Part shown: piece after piece, positions 21,406 through 34,388 of the stretch | Layout: every line of letters begins with the position of its first letter | Numbering within the stretch: the first letter of the stretch is position 1 | From: an uncultured Pelagibacteraceae bacterium | GTDB taxonomy: Bacteria > Pseudomonadota > Alphaproteobacteria > Pelagibacterales > Pelagibacteraceae | Assembly: GCA_902515195.1 (NCBI GenBank) | Contig: CABXTO010000001.1 | Span: 1-45,850 of the forward strand | Direction: 5' to 3' | Length of the DNA stretch: 45,850 nt | Program-made: the position numbers and the translations under genes | Notes under the pieces: generated by a model | Databases searched by the model: none | What the model saw: only the letters and a program-made list of their open reading frames with translations | What the model was told of the DNA's origin: nothing

Positions 21406-22695
21406 ATGAGTGAAAAAATTTTAGTTCCAGCACTTGGTGAGAGCATAACAGAGGCTACTGTATCAAAATGGTTGAAGAATGAGGGGGACTCAGTCGAAGC
21501 AGATGAGCCTATTGTTGAATTAGAAACAGACAAAGTAAATCTTGAAGTTCCATCACCAGTCTCAGGTGTATTAATTAAAATAAATTCAAAAGATGGTTCA
21601 ACTGTTGAAGTTGGAGCATTATTGGGTACTGTATCTGACAATGGAGTAGGGTCTACAAAAATTGAAAAAATTGAGCCAAAAATTATTGAAGATAATGTCA
21701 TAAAATTAGCTCAAGAAAAAGAGATTAGAGAGCCAGAAATTTTTGATGAAAAAGAAAATGAAACAGACCAAAATGAAGAACCTTTAATTCTCACTCAAGA
21801 ATTAGAGCCAAAAAAATCAGCGTTACTAAATACTGCTGAAAAAACCTTGTCACCAGCTGTAAGAAAAATTGTTGAAGAAAAAAAAATTAATATTGATGCT
21901 GTTAAAGGTTCTGGAAAAGACGGAAGAGTTTTAAAAGGAGATTTGATTAATTTAATGGGAATTAATCCTCCACCCGCAGAGAGAAAAATAAAACATGGTC
22001 AAGAAGAGAGAATAAAAATGACTAGGTTGAGACAAACTATTGCTAAAAGATTAAAACAAGCACAAGAAAACGCTGCATTGTTAACCACTTTTAATGAAAT
22101 TGATATGACTCATGTTATGCAAATGAGAAAAGAAAACCAAGAAGATTTTCAAAATAGGTATGGAATTAAATTAGGTTTTATGTCTTTTTTTGTTAAATCA
22201 TGTGTCGTTGCATTAAAGAATTTTCCTGCAGTAAATGCAGAAATAGAAGGTAATGAAATTATTTACAAAAATTATTACAATATTAGTTTTGCAGTTGGTA
22301 CAGATAAGGGTTTAGTAGTCCCAGTTTTAAAAAATGCAGACGAACTGTCTTTTGCTGAAATAGAAAAAAATATTAAATCAATTTCAGAAAAAGCAAAAGA
22401 AGGAAAACTTACGATCGAAGATCTCCAAGGTGGAACATTTACAATAAGCAATGGAGGAGTATATGGTTCAATGTTATCAACTCCAATACTAAATTTACCA
22501 CAGTCAGGTGTATTAGGCATGCATAATATTGTTGATAGACCAATGGTAGTAGATGGTGAGATAAAAATTAGACCAATAATGTATTTGGCATTATCTTATG
22601 ATCATAGAATTATTGATGGTAAAGAGTCAGTTTCATTTTTGAAGATGGTTAAAGAAAATTTAGAAGACCCAAGAAGATTATTTTTAGATATTTAA
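21406..22695 (+). CDS. sucB: Dihydrolipoamide succinyltransferase E2
   Basis: Lipoyl motif ETDKV, peripheral subunit-binding LSPAVRK...[12 protein letters not shown], catalytic SYDHRIIDG. Confidence 0.97.
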   Translation: MSEKILVPALGESITEATVSKWLKNEGDSVEADEPIVELETDKVNLEVPSPVSGVLIKINSKDGSTVEVGALLGTVSDNGVGSTKIEKIEPKIIEDNVIKLAQEKEIREPEIFDEKENETDQNEEPLILTQELEPKKSALLNTAEKTLSPAVRKIVEEKKINIDAVKGSGKDGRVLKGDLINLMGINPPPAERKIKHGQEERIKMTRLRQTIAKRLKQAQENAALLTTFNEIDMTHVMQMRKENQEDFQNRYGIKLGFMSFFVKSCVVALKNFPAVNAEIEGNEIIYKNYYNISFAVGTDKGLVVPVLKNADELSFAEIEKNIKSISEKAKEGKLTIEDLQGGTFTISNGGVYGSMLSTPILNLPQSGVLGMHNIVDRPMVVDGEIKIRPIMYLALSYDHRIIDGKESVSFLKMVKENLEDPRRLFLDI

Positions 22696-24096
22696 ATGAT
22701 AGAAAAATTTCAAGCTGTTGTCATCGGTGGTGGTCCAGGAGGCTATGTTTGTGCAATAAGACTTGCACAACTTGGTTTCAAAACAGCATGCATTGAGTCC
22801 AGAGGGTCGCTGGGAGGAACATGCTTAAATATTGGGTGTATACCATCAAAAAGTCTTTTAAATTTATCAGAAGAATTTCATAAAGTAAAAAATTTGTCAA
22901 ACAAGGGTATTGAGATTGGGGAAGTGAAATTGAATTTACCAAAAATGATGAAAAGTAAAGACAAAGCAGTTTCAATTCTTACTAAAGGTGTCGAATTTTT
23001 ATTAAAAAAAAATAAAGTTACTTATTTTCAAGGTACTGGCAGTTTTAAGTCAAAAAATGAAATTATGGTAAAAAGTAACACTAATAAAGAAACATCAATA
23101 CAAGCTGATAAAATAATAATTGCCAGTGGCTCTATTCCAGTATCTTTGCCAGGTATCAAATTTGATGAAGAAGTGATAGTTTCCTCTACAGGTGCTCTAA
23201 AATTAAATCAAGTTCCAAAAAAAATGGTCATAGTTGGAGGTGGATATATTGGTTTAGAAATGGGTTCTGTTTGGTCACGACTTGGAGCCGAAGTACATGT
23301 TGTAGAATTTTTAGATCATATTACCCCAGGGATGGATAAAGAAATTTCAAATGAATTTATGAAAATTCTAAAAAAACAAGGAATTAATTTTCATCTTCAG
23401 CATAAAGTTGAAAAGATTAAAAAGAATAAATCAGGTGCTATTGTTTCAACAATAGATAAAAATGGAGATAAAAAAGATTTTGAATGTAATGTTGTATTAA
23501 TTTCAGTCGGAAGGAAGCCTAATATAATCGGATTAAATCTTGAGAAAATAGGCATTAACCTAGATGAAAAAAATAGAATAAAAACAGATAAAAACTTTAG
23601 AACGAACATAAATAATATATATGCAATTGGAGATGTAATTGCTGGTCCAATGCTTGCACATAAAGCTGAAGATGAAGGAATAGCAGTGGCAGAAAATATT
23701 GCAGGACAATCAGGACATGTAAATTATGAGACTATACCAGGAGTAATTTATACAACTCCTGAAGTTGCCTCTATAGGTAAAACTGAAGAGCAATTAAAGG
23801 AGAAAAATGTTCAATTTAAAATAGGTAAATTTTCTTTTATGGCTAATTCTAGGGCTAAAGCAATTGATGACGCAGAGGGATTTGTGAAAATTTTAGCTGA
23901 TGAAAAGACTGATAAAGTTTTAGGTGCTCATTTAATTGGCCCACATGCTGGGGAGTTGATTGCAGAAATAGGTGTAGCAATGGAGTTTGGTGCAAGCTCA
24001 GAGGATATCGCAAGAACATGTCACGCTCATCCAACATTTTCTGAGGCAGTCAAAGAAGCAGCATTAGCAGTTGATAAGAGAGCTATACACTCATAA
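22696..24096 (+). CDS. lpdA: Dihydrolipoamide dehydrogenase E3
   Basis: GGGPGGY, GGTCLNIGCIPSK, GGGYIGLE, HAHPTFSE. Confidence 0.97.
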   Translation: MIEKFQAVVIGGGPGGYVCAIRLAQLGFKTACIESRGSLGGTCLNIGCIPSKSLLNLSEEFHKVKNLSNKGIEIGEVKLNLPKMMKSKDKAVSILTKGVEFLLKKNKVTYFQGTGSFKSKNEIMVKSNTNKETSIQADKIIIASGSIPVSLPGIKFDEEVIVSSTGALKLNQVPKKMVIVGGGYIGLEMGSVWSRLGAEVHVVEFLDHITPGMDKEISNEFMKILKKQGINFHLQHKVEKIKKNKSGAIVSTIDKNGDKKDFECNVVLISVGRKPNIIGLNLEKIGINLDEKNRIKTDKNFRTNINNIYAIGDVIAGPMLAHKAEDEGIAVAENIAGQSGHVNYETIPGVIYTTPEVASIGKTEEQLKEKNVQFKIGKFSFMANSRAKAIDDAEGFVKILADEKTDKVLGAHLIGPHAGELIAEIGVAMEFGASSEDIARTCHAHPTFSEAVKEAALAVDKRAIHS

Positions 24097-24098
24097 AA

Positions 24099-24614
24099 TT
24101 ACTTATTATAGTAAAATAAAAATTTTTTTTTAATTTTTTTTTTTAAAGGATCATTAATCATTCCAACTAGTTTATTGTGATGATCCATAATCTTATACTC
24201 ACTTTTTTTTAATCTTTTCCAATTATATTTATTATAAAATTTGACTAAATCTTTTTTACAAGTAAGAAAACAAATAATTTTTTTTTTATTTATTATGGTT
24301 ATTACTTTTTCCATAATTTTTTTTGATAAAAGTTTTTTCCTAAATTTTTTATCTACAATTAACGTTCTAAATAATAAGTATTTTTGAGAATTTTTGTTAG
24401 TATCAAATTTTCGGTTACCAAGTTGAACATATCCTATAATATTCTTCTTATCCTTTATTAGTATATGAGTATCTTTTTTTTTTACATTTATTTTTTTCTT
24501 AAACCATTCAATTTGAGATTTTAGGCCAAAATTCCAATGAGAATTTTTAAGTTTTATTATTTGATATATTTCTTCATTAGTTAAATGAATGGTAAATTTT
24601 TGAATTATTTTCAT
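24099..24614 (-). CDS. GNAT-family N-acetyltransferase-like protein
   Basis: 171 aa with GNAT layout: IIGYVQL, LIVDKKFRKK (degenerate motif A), FLTC...LVKFYNKYNW (motif B-like). Confidence 0.65.
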   Translation of the reverse strand: MKIIQKFTIHLTNEEIYQIIKLKNSHWNFGLKSQIEWFKKKINVKKKDTHILIKDKKNIIGYVQLGNRKFDTNKNSQKYLLFRTLIVDKKFRKKLLSKKIMEKVITIINKKKIICFLTCKKDLVKFYNKYNWKRLKKSEYKIMDHHNKLVGMINDPLKKKIKKKFLFYYNK

Positions 24615-25702
24615 AATATTTCATTTATACTTTTTTGTAGTTTTTCTAAAGTGTTTTTTAAACTAAACTTATCAAGATTTTTATATGCTCTTTTTGATTT
24701 TGCGATTGCAAGATCATAATTGTTAAGCATACTGTTTAGATTATTTTTAAAACTCTCATCAGAGTCTGGATTATATAAGTAACCACTTTTTCCATTTGAT
24801 AATATTAAATTTGAAAGGCCTACATTTCGTGGGGCTAAACAAGGTATTTTAAATGAAACTGCTTCACCAAGCACATTTGGTGTACCATCAAATTTTGATG
24901 TGATACATAAAATATCAATTTTTTTATTTAATTTTTGAAGACCATTTTCAATAAAGCCATAAATTTTGACCTTCTTTTTCGAATGAGCACAAATTTTTTT
25001 AATTTCCTGTAAACATTGGCCTTTTCCTACGATGTTTATATTAAAATTAATTTTATCATTTAAAGATATACAATTTTTAATAAAAAAAATTGGATCTTTA
25101 TCAGGTACAAGACGTCCTATAAAAAAGACGTTATAAATTTTCTTTTTCTTTTTAGCTCCTGAAAATCTTGGAAAATAATTATAAATTACTTTAACATTTT
25201 TCACTTTAATCTTTTTTTCTAAATATAATTTATTTTGATTAGAAAAAGTAATTACAAGATCTGCATATTTATAAAAGAAAGTAATTATTTTACGTAAAAA
25301 AAATTTTTTTTTTAAAAATTTTTCCTCACTTTTATTTTTAAGATTAATAATTGCAGTTTGTGTTCGTAAAATTAATCTAAAATTAAATTTAAGAAATTTT
25401 AGAATACATAAAAAAAAGTGGTCTTGTAGCGAAAATATAAGCAACTTTTTTTTTGTTGTAGAAATAATTTTAAAAATACAATAAATATTATTTAAAATTC
25501 TACTTTTAGAAAAAAATTTATTTTTAAAATTAATAATTCGAACTTTCTTATCCAAAACATTTAATCTTTTTTGGTTAAATGTATTAGTTACCAAAAAAAC
25601 ATTAAATTTTTTACTTAAAAAGCTGGAATAGATCTTTAAAGTTTTTTCTAAACCTCCATCATGTATAAATGGACAAAATAAGAAAATATCTTTTTTTTTC
25701 AC
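24611..25702 (-). CDS. Glycosyltransferase family 4 (GT-B)
   Basis: GGLEK N-terminal loop, FIGRLVPDKD, IVGKG, SKFDGTPNVLGEA (variant of EX7E), GYLY; GTG start. Confidence 0.85.
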   Translation of the reverse strand: MKKKDIFLFCPFIHDGGLEKTLKIYSSFLSKKFNVFLVTNTFNQKRLNVLDKKVRIINFKNKFFSKSRILNNIYCIFKIISTTKKKLLIFSLQDHFFLCILKFLKFNFRLILRTQTAIINLKNKSEEKFLKKKFFLRKIITFFYKYADLVITFSNQNKLYLEKKIKVKNVKVIYNYFPRFSGAKKKKKIYNVFFIGRLVPDKDPIFFIKNCISLNDKINFNINIVGKGQCLQEIKKICAHSKKKVKIYGFIENGLQKLNKKIDILCITSKFDGTPNVLGEAVSFKIPCLAPRNVGLSNLILSNGKSGYLYNPDSDESFKNNLNSMLNNYDLAIAKSKRAYKNLDKFSLKNTLEKLQKSINEIL

Positions 25703-25708
25703 AAAAAA

Positions 25709-26695
25709 TTAAAAAACTTTATTTTTTTTTAAAAACTTAACATACTCAGTAATACCAGTTTCAAGATTAAATTTAGGCTTATAGCTAAGTAATTTTTGAG
25801 CTTTTTTAATAGAAAGAGTTCCCCTACTAGGTTTTGAAATATCTTTTTTTTCAATTTGATATTTAAGATTAGGAAATTTCTTTTTCAGTAAAAGGACAAA
25901 CTTATGTAAACTCTGTCCTTTCCCACATGTAATATTAAAAATTTGATTCTTACCATTCTTATTTCTTGCTGCTAAAATTGCTCCATTTGCTAAATCTTTA
26001 ATATAGGTAAAGTCTAACTTTTCATCTTTACCTTGAATTATTATTTTTTTTCCTCTAATTGCATTTTCAACAAAAATTTGTGACACACGTCTATTCATAT
26101 CTTTTGGTCCATAGACAGCTGAAGGTCTAATTATAGTATACGGTATTGAGTGAAGTCTACATACTCCTTCTGTTACAACTTCCCCAGCTAATTTCATAAT
26201 ACCATAAGCATCTTTTGGATTTTTTTCTGATTTTTCGTTAACTGATGATTTTTTAAAATCACCGTAAACCATGCTTGATGAAAAATATACAAACCTCTTA
26301 CATTTATATGATTTGTTTTTTATTGAAAGATTAATTATTGCATCAATTATATTTAAAGTTGAGTCAACAGAGCTTATTTTTGCTTCCTCATTATTTAGAT
26401 TAGACACTTTTGCTAAAGGAAGTGCAGCAGTATGATAAATGTAATCTGGCTTATGTTTATTTATAAGCATCGAAATTGTCTTATAATTACTAGTATCACA
26501 TCTTTCAATAATAGTATTTTCTAAAGACGAAAACCTTTGTTTTCTGAAATCAACAAAATTTTCTTTTAATGGATTTATATAACTCCCAAAATTATCAATA
26601 AGAATACATTTTTTAGTTATTTTTTTTTTTAGTAATTCCTCAGATATACTTGATCCAATAAATCCTAAGCCGCCAGTGATTAAAGTTTTACTCAT
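25709..26695 (-). CDS. NAD-dependent nucleotide-sugar epimerase/dehydratase (extended SDR)
   Basis: ITGGLGFIG, HTAA, SSSMVYG, YGIMK catalytic motif, RPSAVYGP, DFTYIKD. Confidence 0.9.
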   Translation of the reverse strand: MSKTLITGGLGFIGSSISEELLKKKITKKCILIDNFGSYINPLKENFVDFRKQRFSSLENTIIERCDTSNYKTISMLINKHKPDYIYHTAALPLAKVSNLNNEEAKISSVDSTLNIIDAIINLSIKNKSYKCKRFVYFSSSMVYGDFKKSSVNEKSEKNPKDAYGIMKLAGEVVTEGVCRLHSIPYTIIRPSAVYGPKDMNRRVSQIFVENAIRGKKIIIQGKDEKLDFTYIKDLANGAILAARNKNGKNQIFNITCGKGQSLHKFVLLLKKKFPNLKYQIEKKDISKPSRGTLSIKKAQKLLSYKPKFNLETGITEYVKFLKKNKVF

Positions 26696-26706
26696 TAAAA
26701 TTTTTC

Positions 26707-27810
26707 TTAATTTTTATAGAATGTTTTTATTTTATTTAAAACATAATTTACTTCATTTCTCCCCATTTCTGGATAAATTGGCAATGTGATCAATTCATTA
26801 CAAAGTTTTTCAGTTATTGGTAATCTTTTTTTATAAAATTTTTTTAAATAACTCATTTTATGAAGAGGTGGATCAAAATGCACTGATGCTTCAATATTGC
26901 TTTTATTCAAATATGAAACCAACTTATTACGAATTTTTTTATCTACTCTGATTGTATACATTTGAAAAGAATGGGTATAACCTTTTGGTATTTTCGGGGT
27001 AAAAATCCTATTTGAAATTTTTGAAATTCCAAGAGTATATAATTTTGCAATTTTATTTCTTTTATAATTAAACTTTGTAAGTTTTTTGAGTTGACTATGT
27101 CCTAGTGCCGCTAAATGATTTGGCATTCTAAAATTGTGTCCTGGTAACACAGCAACCCTGTGCCAAAACTTTTTTTTTTTATTTTTATCAATACCATGCG
27201 CAATTAATTTTTGGACATATTCATAAACGTTTTTATCATTAGTGGTGAGCATTCCACCCTCTGTAGTAGTAATATTTTTTGTTGGAAAAAAGGAAAAACA
27301 CCCTATTCCAAATGAACCCGTATATTTCCCTTTCAATTTTGCACCAAGTGTTTCAGCACTATCTTCAATTATTTTTATATTTTTTTGTTTGCACAATTTT
27401 ACTATTTCTTTCATATCACAAGGCAAACCTGCGTAGTGGACAACTATTACTGCTATTGTCTTTTTAGTTATACATTTAGAAAAGCTTTTAAGATTTATGT
27501 TTCTTGTTTCTAGATCGACGTCTGCAAAAATAGGAGTTGATCCACAATTCAATACCGCATTTGCAGTTGATACCCAAGTAAAACTAGGAATAATTATCTC
27601 ACCTTTTTGACCTAAAGATTTAATAGCACACTCGAGAGCACTTGTGCATGAATTCATTGATATTGAATATCTAATATTGAACATTTTACAAAATTCTTTC
27701 TCAAATTTTTTATTATAAGGTCCATGGGTAAGCCAATTAGATTTTAGGGTTTTGCTCATTAATAAAACCTCTTTTTTATCAATAGAAGGTTTGCACAGGG
27801 GTATTTTCAT
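26707..27810 (-). CDS. DegT/DnrJ/EryC1/StrS-family PLP-dependent sugar aminotransferase
   Basis: NSCTSAL, PSFTWVST, VHYAG, IEDSAETLG, SFFPTKNITTTEGG (PLP Lys), TLPIYP. Confidence 0.92.
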   Translation of the reverse strand: MKIPLCKPSIDKKEVLLMSKTLKSNWLTHGPYNKKFEKEFCKMFNIRYSISMNSCTSALECAIKSLGQKGEIIIPSFTWVSTANAVLNCGSTPIFADVDLETRNINLKSFSKCITKKTIAVIVVHYAGLPCDMKEIVKLCKQKNIKIIEDSAETLGAKLKGKYTGSFGIGCFSFFPTKNITTTEGGMLTTNDKNVYEYVQKLIAHGIDKNKKKKFWHRVAVLPGHNFRMPNHLAALGHSQLKKLTKFNYKRNKIAKLYTLGISKISNRIFTPKIPKGYTHSFQMYTIRVDKKIRNKLVSYLNKSNIEASVHFDPPLHKMSYLKKFYKKRLPITEKLCNELITLPIYPEMGRNEVNYVLNKIKTFYKN

Positions 27811-27932
27811 TTAAATAAATATTTTTCTGGTTATTATTAAATTAACCTTAACATATAATAAATTTTTTAAAAATTGATAACTAAATTATGCTTATTAATT
27901 ATTAATTTAATATTATCAAAGATCTATTGTTT

Positions 27933-29888
27933 ATGAAAATTCCTGTACTTTTACCAAATATATTCAATCATCCTTTTACATATAAAAGTAATTTAAATTT
28001 AAAGGTAGGTGATTATGTTCTAGTACCTTTTGGTAGGTCGAAAATTATTGGGGTTGTTTGGGACGAATTTGAGACAAAAAATAATAATAGTTTTAAATTA
28101 AAAACTGTTATAAAAAAATTAGATATAATCCCACTTAAAAAATCAACTATAAAATTTCTTAATTGGTTTGCTGAATACAATATAATACCAAAAGGAATGG
28201 CGCTTAAATTGGTTTTATTAGACAGTGATACTTTGGAAAAATTTCAGAAAAACGTTTTTAAAAATTACGATAACATAATTAGCACAAACTTAATCAAACT
28301 TTCTGAAGAACAAAAAAAATCTTTAAAAAAAATGAATATCTCTAATGAAAAATTTAGGGTACATGTTCTTCAAGGCACAACGGGATCAGGGAAAACTATA
28401 GTTTATTTTTCAGCTTTAAAAGATATTATAAATAAAGGTTTTCAAGGTCTTATATTGTTACCTGAAATAGGCTTAACAAGTCAATTTGAAAAAAAATTTT
28501 TAGAATTTTTTGGTTTTACATCTGCGATTTGGCATTCTGGTATTTCAAAAAAAAAAAAGGAAGTTATTTGGAGAGGTGTTGTAAATGGAGAAATTAAAGT
28601 TGTAATTGGTGCGAGATCATCTTTGTTTTTACCGTTTAGAAAATTGGGTTTAATTATTGTTGATGAGGAACATGACCAATCTTATAAGCAAGATGAAGGT
28701 GTCATTTATAATGCGAGAGATATGGCAGTCTCAAGGGCATCATTTGAAAATATTCCAATAAATTTAGTAACTGCTGTTCCATCCATTGAAACATTTGAAA
28801 ATGTACTAAAGGGGAAATATAGTATTTCTAAATTAAATCATCGATATAAAAATGCATCTTTACCAGACTATGAGGTAATTAATCTCAATGAAACCAAACT
28901 AGATAAACAGTCATGGCTTTCAAAAAAAATAATAGAAAAAGTAAATTTTCATCTTAATAAAAAAGATCAGGTATTATTTTTTTTAAACAGGCGTGGTTTT
29001 TCTCCACATGTAATTTGTAATAAATGTTTCAAAAGTTATTCATGTCCAAACTGCTCAATTAATTTAGTTTATCATAAAAATAAAGGTTATTTATTATGCC
29101 ATTATTGTGGTTTCATAAGATCTCTGAAAAGAACTTGTGAAAAAAAAGGGGATTGTGAAATTATTTTTAGTGGCCCAGGTGTTGAACGAATATTTGATGA
29201 AGTTAAAAAAAATTTTCCTTCAAAAGAAATCGAAATTTTTTCGAGTGATACAATGAACAAAAAAGATTCTGCAGTAAAATTAGACAAAATAATTAATAAT
29301 CAGATACAAATTTTGGTTGGTACACAATTGATTTCTAAAGGCTTTCATTTTCCAGATTTAAATTGTATTGTAGTTGTTGATATTGATCTTTCCTCTCAAG
29401 GACATGATTTGAGAGGTGCGGAAAAAAACTTACAATTATATCACCAACTTTCTGGCAGAGCAGGCAGAACAGGAAAACCTGCAATAGTGTATTTTCAAAC
29501 ATATAATAGTAATTATAATATGATTTCAGATTTAACTAATAGTAATCCTGATATTTTTTTAGAAAAGGAGCTCGATATAAGAAAAAGAAATAAGCTTCCA
29601 CCTTATCAAAGGTTTATTTCAATAATTTTAACTGGAAACAATGAAACAATATTAGAGAAAGAGGCATATAAATTCAAAATTTTTATTGAAAAGAAAGTAG
29701 CTGCAAAAATTTTAGGCCCAGTGAATGCTCCAATCTTTAGATTAAGAAAAAGATATAGAATTAGGCTGTTAATTAGAGGACCAAAAACACTAAAATTACA
29801 AAAATCACTAGCAGCTGCGATACCAAATTACAAATTTCAACCAGGAATAAAACTTTCAGTTGATGTTGATCCCATAAACTTCAATTAA
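27933..29888 (+). CDS. priA: Primosomal protein N' (replication restart helicase)
   Basis: GTTGSGKT, LPEIGLT, VDEEHDQSYKQ, LNRRGFS, four CxxC-type pairs, GTQLISKGFHFP, GRAGR, VDVDP; ATG at 27933 preferred. Confidence 0.96.
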   Translation: MKIPVLLPNIFNHPFTYKSNLNLKVGDYVLVPFGRSKIIGVVWDEFETKNNNSFKLKTVIKKLDIIPLKKSTIKFLNWFAEYNIIPKGMALKLVLLDSDTLEKFQKNVFKNYDNIISTNLIKLSEEQKKSLKKMNISNEKFRVHVLQGTTGSGKTIVYFSALKDIINKGFQGLILLPEIGLTSQFEKKFLEFFGFTSAIWHSGISKKKKEVIWRGVVNGEIKVVIGARSSLFLPFRKLGLIIVDEEHDQSYKQDEGVIYNARDMAVSRASFENIPINLVTAVPSIETFENVLKGKYSISKLNHRYKNASLPDYEVINLNETKLDKQSWLSKKIIEKVNFHLNKKDQVLFFLNRRGFSPHVICNKCFKSYSCPNCSINLVYHKNKGYLLCHYCGFIRSLKRTCEKKGDCEIIFSGPGVERIFDEVKKNFPSKEIEIFSSDTMNKKDSAVKLDKIINNQIQILVGTQLISKGFHFPDLNCIVVVDIDLSSQGHDLRGAEKNLQLYHQLSGRAGRTGKPAIVYFQTYNSNYNMISDLTNSNPDIFLEKELDIRKRNKLPPYQRFISIILTGNNETILEKEAYKFKIFIEKKVAAKILGPVNAPIFRLRKRYRIRLLIRGPKTLKLQKSLAAAIPNYKFQPGIKLSVDVDPINFN

Positions 29889-29994
29889 TCCAAAAAAAAC
29901 TTACTTTTAAACGAATGTGTTACTTGAAGACATTATGGTCATATGCTAATTAAAGCGTGATTTTTAAATAATCTTCAAACACGTAGGATTCAAA

Positions 29995-30552
29995 TTGAGC
30001 AAAAATACGGGATTTTCAATTACATCATCTGAAAGATATTCTCTCGCGCTTTTTGAACTTTCAGAGGAAAATAAATTATTAAGTCAAATTGAGGACCAAT
30101 CACTATCGATGTTAAATTTGATAAATCAAAGTGATGATTTTTGTAATTTAATTAAAGATCCTACTGTTAATCAAAAAGATTTGTCAAAAGTAATAAATAA
30201 AATTGTAGAAAATAATAATTTTAATGCTTTATTCAAAAATTTTTTAAATTTTTTAATTCAAAAAAGACGCTTCTTTTTTATTGAGCGTATTCTGAGAAGT
30301 TTTATTGATACTTGCTCAAGAAAAAGGGGTGAACTTAAAGCTGAACTTAAATCTGCAAAAAAACTGTCTAGTGATGAAATAACAAAAATTACGGAAGTGT
30401 TAACTAAGAATTTTAGCTCTAAAATTAAATTAAACTACAAGCATGATGAGAGTTTAATAGGTGGTTTAGTGGTACAAGTCGGAAGTACAATGGTTGATAC
30501 CTCAATAAAAAATAAATTACAACAAATAGAAAATAGAATGATAGAGGCATAA
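29995..30552 (+). CDS. atpH: ATP synthase F1 delta subunit
   Basis: ERYSLALF, LIGGLVVQVGSTMVDTSI; TTG start after AGGA; precedes atpA. Confidence 0.95.
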   Translation: MSKNTGFSITSSERYSLALFELSEENKLLSQIEDQSLSMLNLINQSDDFCNLIKDPTVNQKDLSKVINKIVENNNFNALFKNFLNFLIQKRRFFFIERILRSFIDTCSRKRGELKAELKSAKKLSSDEITKITEVLTKNFSSKIKLNYKHDESLIGGLVVQVGSTMVDTSIKNKLQQIENRMIEA

Positions 30553-32088
30553 ATGGAAATAAATCCTTCAGAAGTTACAAAGATACTTAAAGAGCAAATA
30601 AAAAATTTTGGTGATAAAGCCGAAGTTACAGAAGTTGGACAAGTTTTATCAGTTGGAGATGGTATAGCTAGGATTTATGGACTAGACAACGTACAAGCTG
30701 GTGAAATGGTAGAGTTTGCCGATGGATCAAAAGGTATGGCTCTTAATTTAGAGAGTGAAAACGTTGGTGTTGTAATTTTTGGTGATGACAGAAATATTAA
30801 AGAGGGTGATGTAGTAAAAAGAACAGGTAGCATTGTTGATACTCCTGTTGGTAAAGAATTATTAGGAAGAGTAGTCGATGGTTTAGGTAATCCTATTGAT
30901 GGGAAAGGAACATTAAGTAAGAGTGTTAAAAAAACTAGAGTAGAAGTAAAGGCACCAGGAATCATTCCCCGACAATCAGTTAGTGAGCCAATGCAAACTG
31001 GATTAAAATCGATTGATAGTTTGGTACCTATTGGAAGAGGACAAAGGGAATTGATTATTGGCGATAGACAGACTGGAAAAACTGCTGTTGCCGTTGATGC
31101 GATTATTAATCAAAAAAAAATAAATGAATCTGGTGATGAAAAACAAAAATTATATTGTATATATGTTGCAGTCGGACAAAAAAGATCAACTGTAAGACAA
31201 ATTCAAAAAACACTAGAGGAAGCTGGTGCAATGGAGTATACAACTATAGTTGCTGCAACAGCATCTGACTCTGCACCATTGCAATTTTTAGCACCATACA
31301 CAGGATGTGCTATGGGAGAATATTTTAGAGATAATGGAATGCATGCATTAATTATTTACGATGATTTATCCAAACAAGCAGTTGCTTATAGACAAATGTC
31401 TCTCCTATTAAGAAGACCTCCAGGACGTGAAGCTTATCCAGGAGATGTATTTTACTTACATAGTAGATTACTTGAAAGAGCCGCAAAATTAAGTGATGAA
31501 CATGGTGGAGGATCATTAACAGCACTTCCAATAATTGAAACACAGGGTGGAGATGTATCAGCATTTATCCCTACAAATGTAATCTCAATTACAGATGGTC
31601 AAATTTTTTTAGAAACAGAATTATTTAACCAAGGTATTAGACCAGCAATTAACGTTGGTTTGTCTGTATCTAGAGTTGGGTCATCAGCCCAAACGAAAGC
31701 AATGAAAAAAGTTTCAGGATCTATGAAATTGGAATTAGCTCAATATAGAGAGATGGCAGCGTTTGCTCAATTCGGATCTGATTTAGATGCATCTACACAA
31801 CAACTTTTAAATAGAGGATCCAAATTAACTGAACTTTTAAAACAAAAACAATATTCACCAATGACTGTGGCAGAGCAAGTAATATCTGTTTTCTGTGGTG
31901 TAAAAGGCTATCTTGATGATATTGAATTAAAGGATGTTGCTGAATTTGAGAACAAAATAATCGATAAGTGTAAAACAGATAACCCTGAAATAATTGAGGC
32001 AATTCAAGGCTCAGGTAAACTGGATGATGATAAAGAGAAAATTCTTGTAGAAGTAATTACTAAATTAAAAGGAACTTTTAAGTCTTAA
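30553..32088 (+). CDS. atpA: ATP synthase F1 alpha subunit
   Basis: [44 protein letters not shown]. Confidence 0.99.
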   Translation: MEINPSEVTKILKEQIKNFGDKAEVTEVGQVLSVGDGIARIYGLDNVQAGEMVEFADGSKGMALNLESENVGVVIFGDDRNIKEGDVVKRTGSIVDTPVGKELLGRVVDGLGNPIDGKGTLSKSVKKTRVEVKAPGIIPRQSVSEPMQTGLKSIDSLVPIGRGQRELIIGDRQTGKTAVAVDAIINQKKINESGDEKQKLYCIYVAVGQKRSTVRQIQKTLEEAGAMEYTTIVAATASDSAPLQFLAPYTGCAMGEYFRDNGMHALIIYDDLSKQAVAYRQMSLLLRRPPGREAYPGDVFYLHSRLLERAAKLSDEHGGGSLTALPIIETQGGDVSAFIPTNVISITDGQIFLETELFNQGIRPAINVGLSVSRVGSSAQTKAMKKVSGSMKLELAQYREMAAFAQFGSDLDASTQQLLNRGSKLTELLKQKQYSPMTVAEQVISVFCGVKGYLDDIELKDVAEFENKIIDKCKTDNPEIIEAIQGSGKLDDDKEKILVEVITKLKGTFKS

Positions 32089-32094
32089 TATTGT

Positions 32095-34387
<2,293 letters not shown>

Positions 34388-34388
<1 letters not shown>

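Noticed and set aside
24097-27932. Islet as a prophage, integrative element or defence system
   Set aside because: No integrase, transposase, att-like repeats, nuclease or phage genes seen; all four genes fit sugar metabolism.
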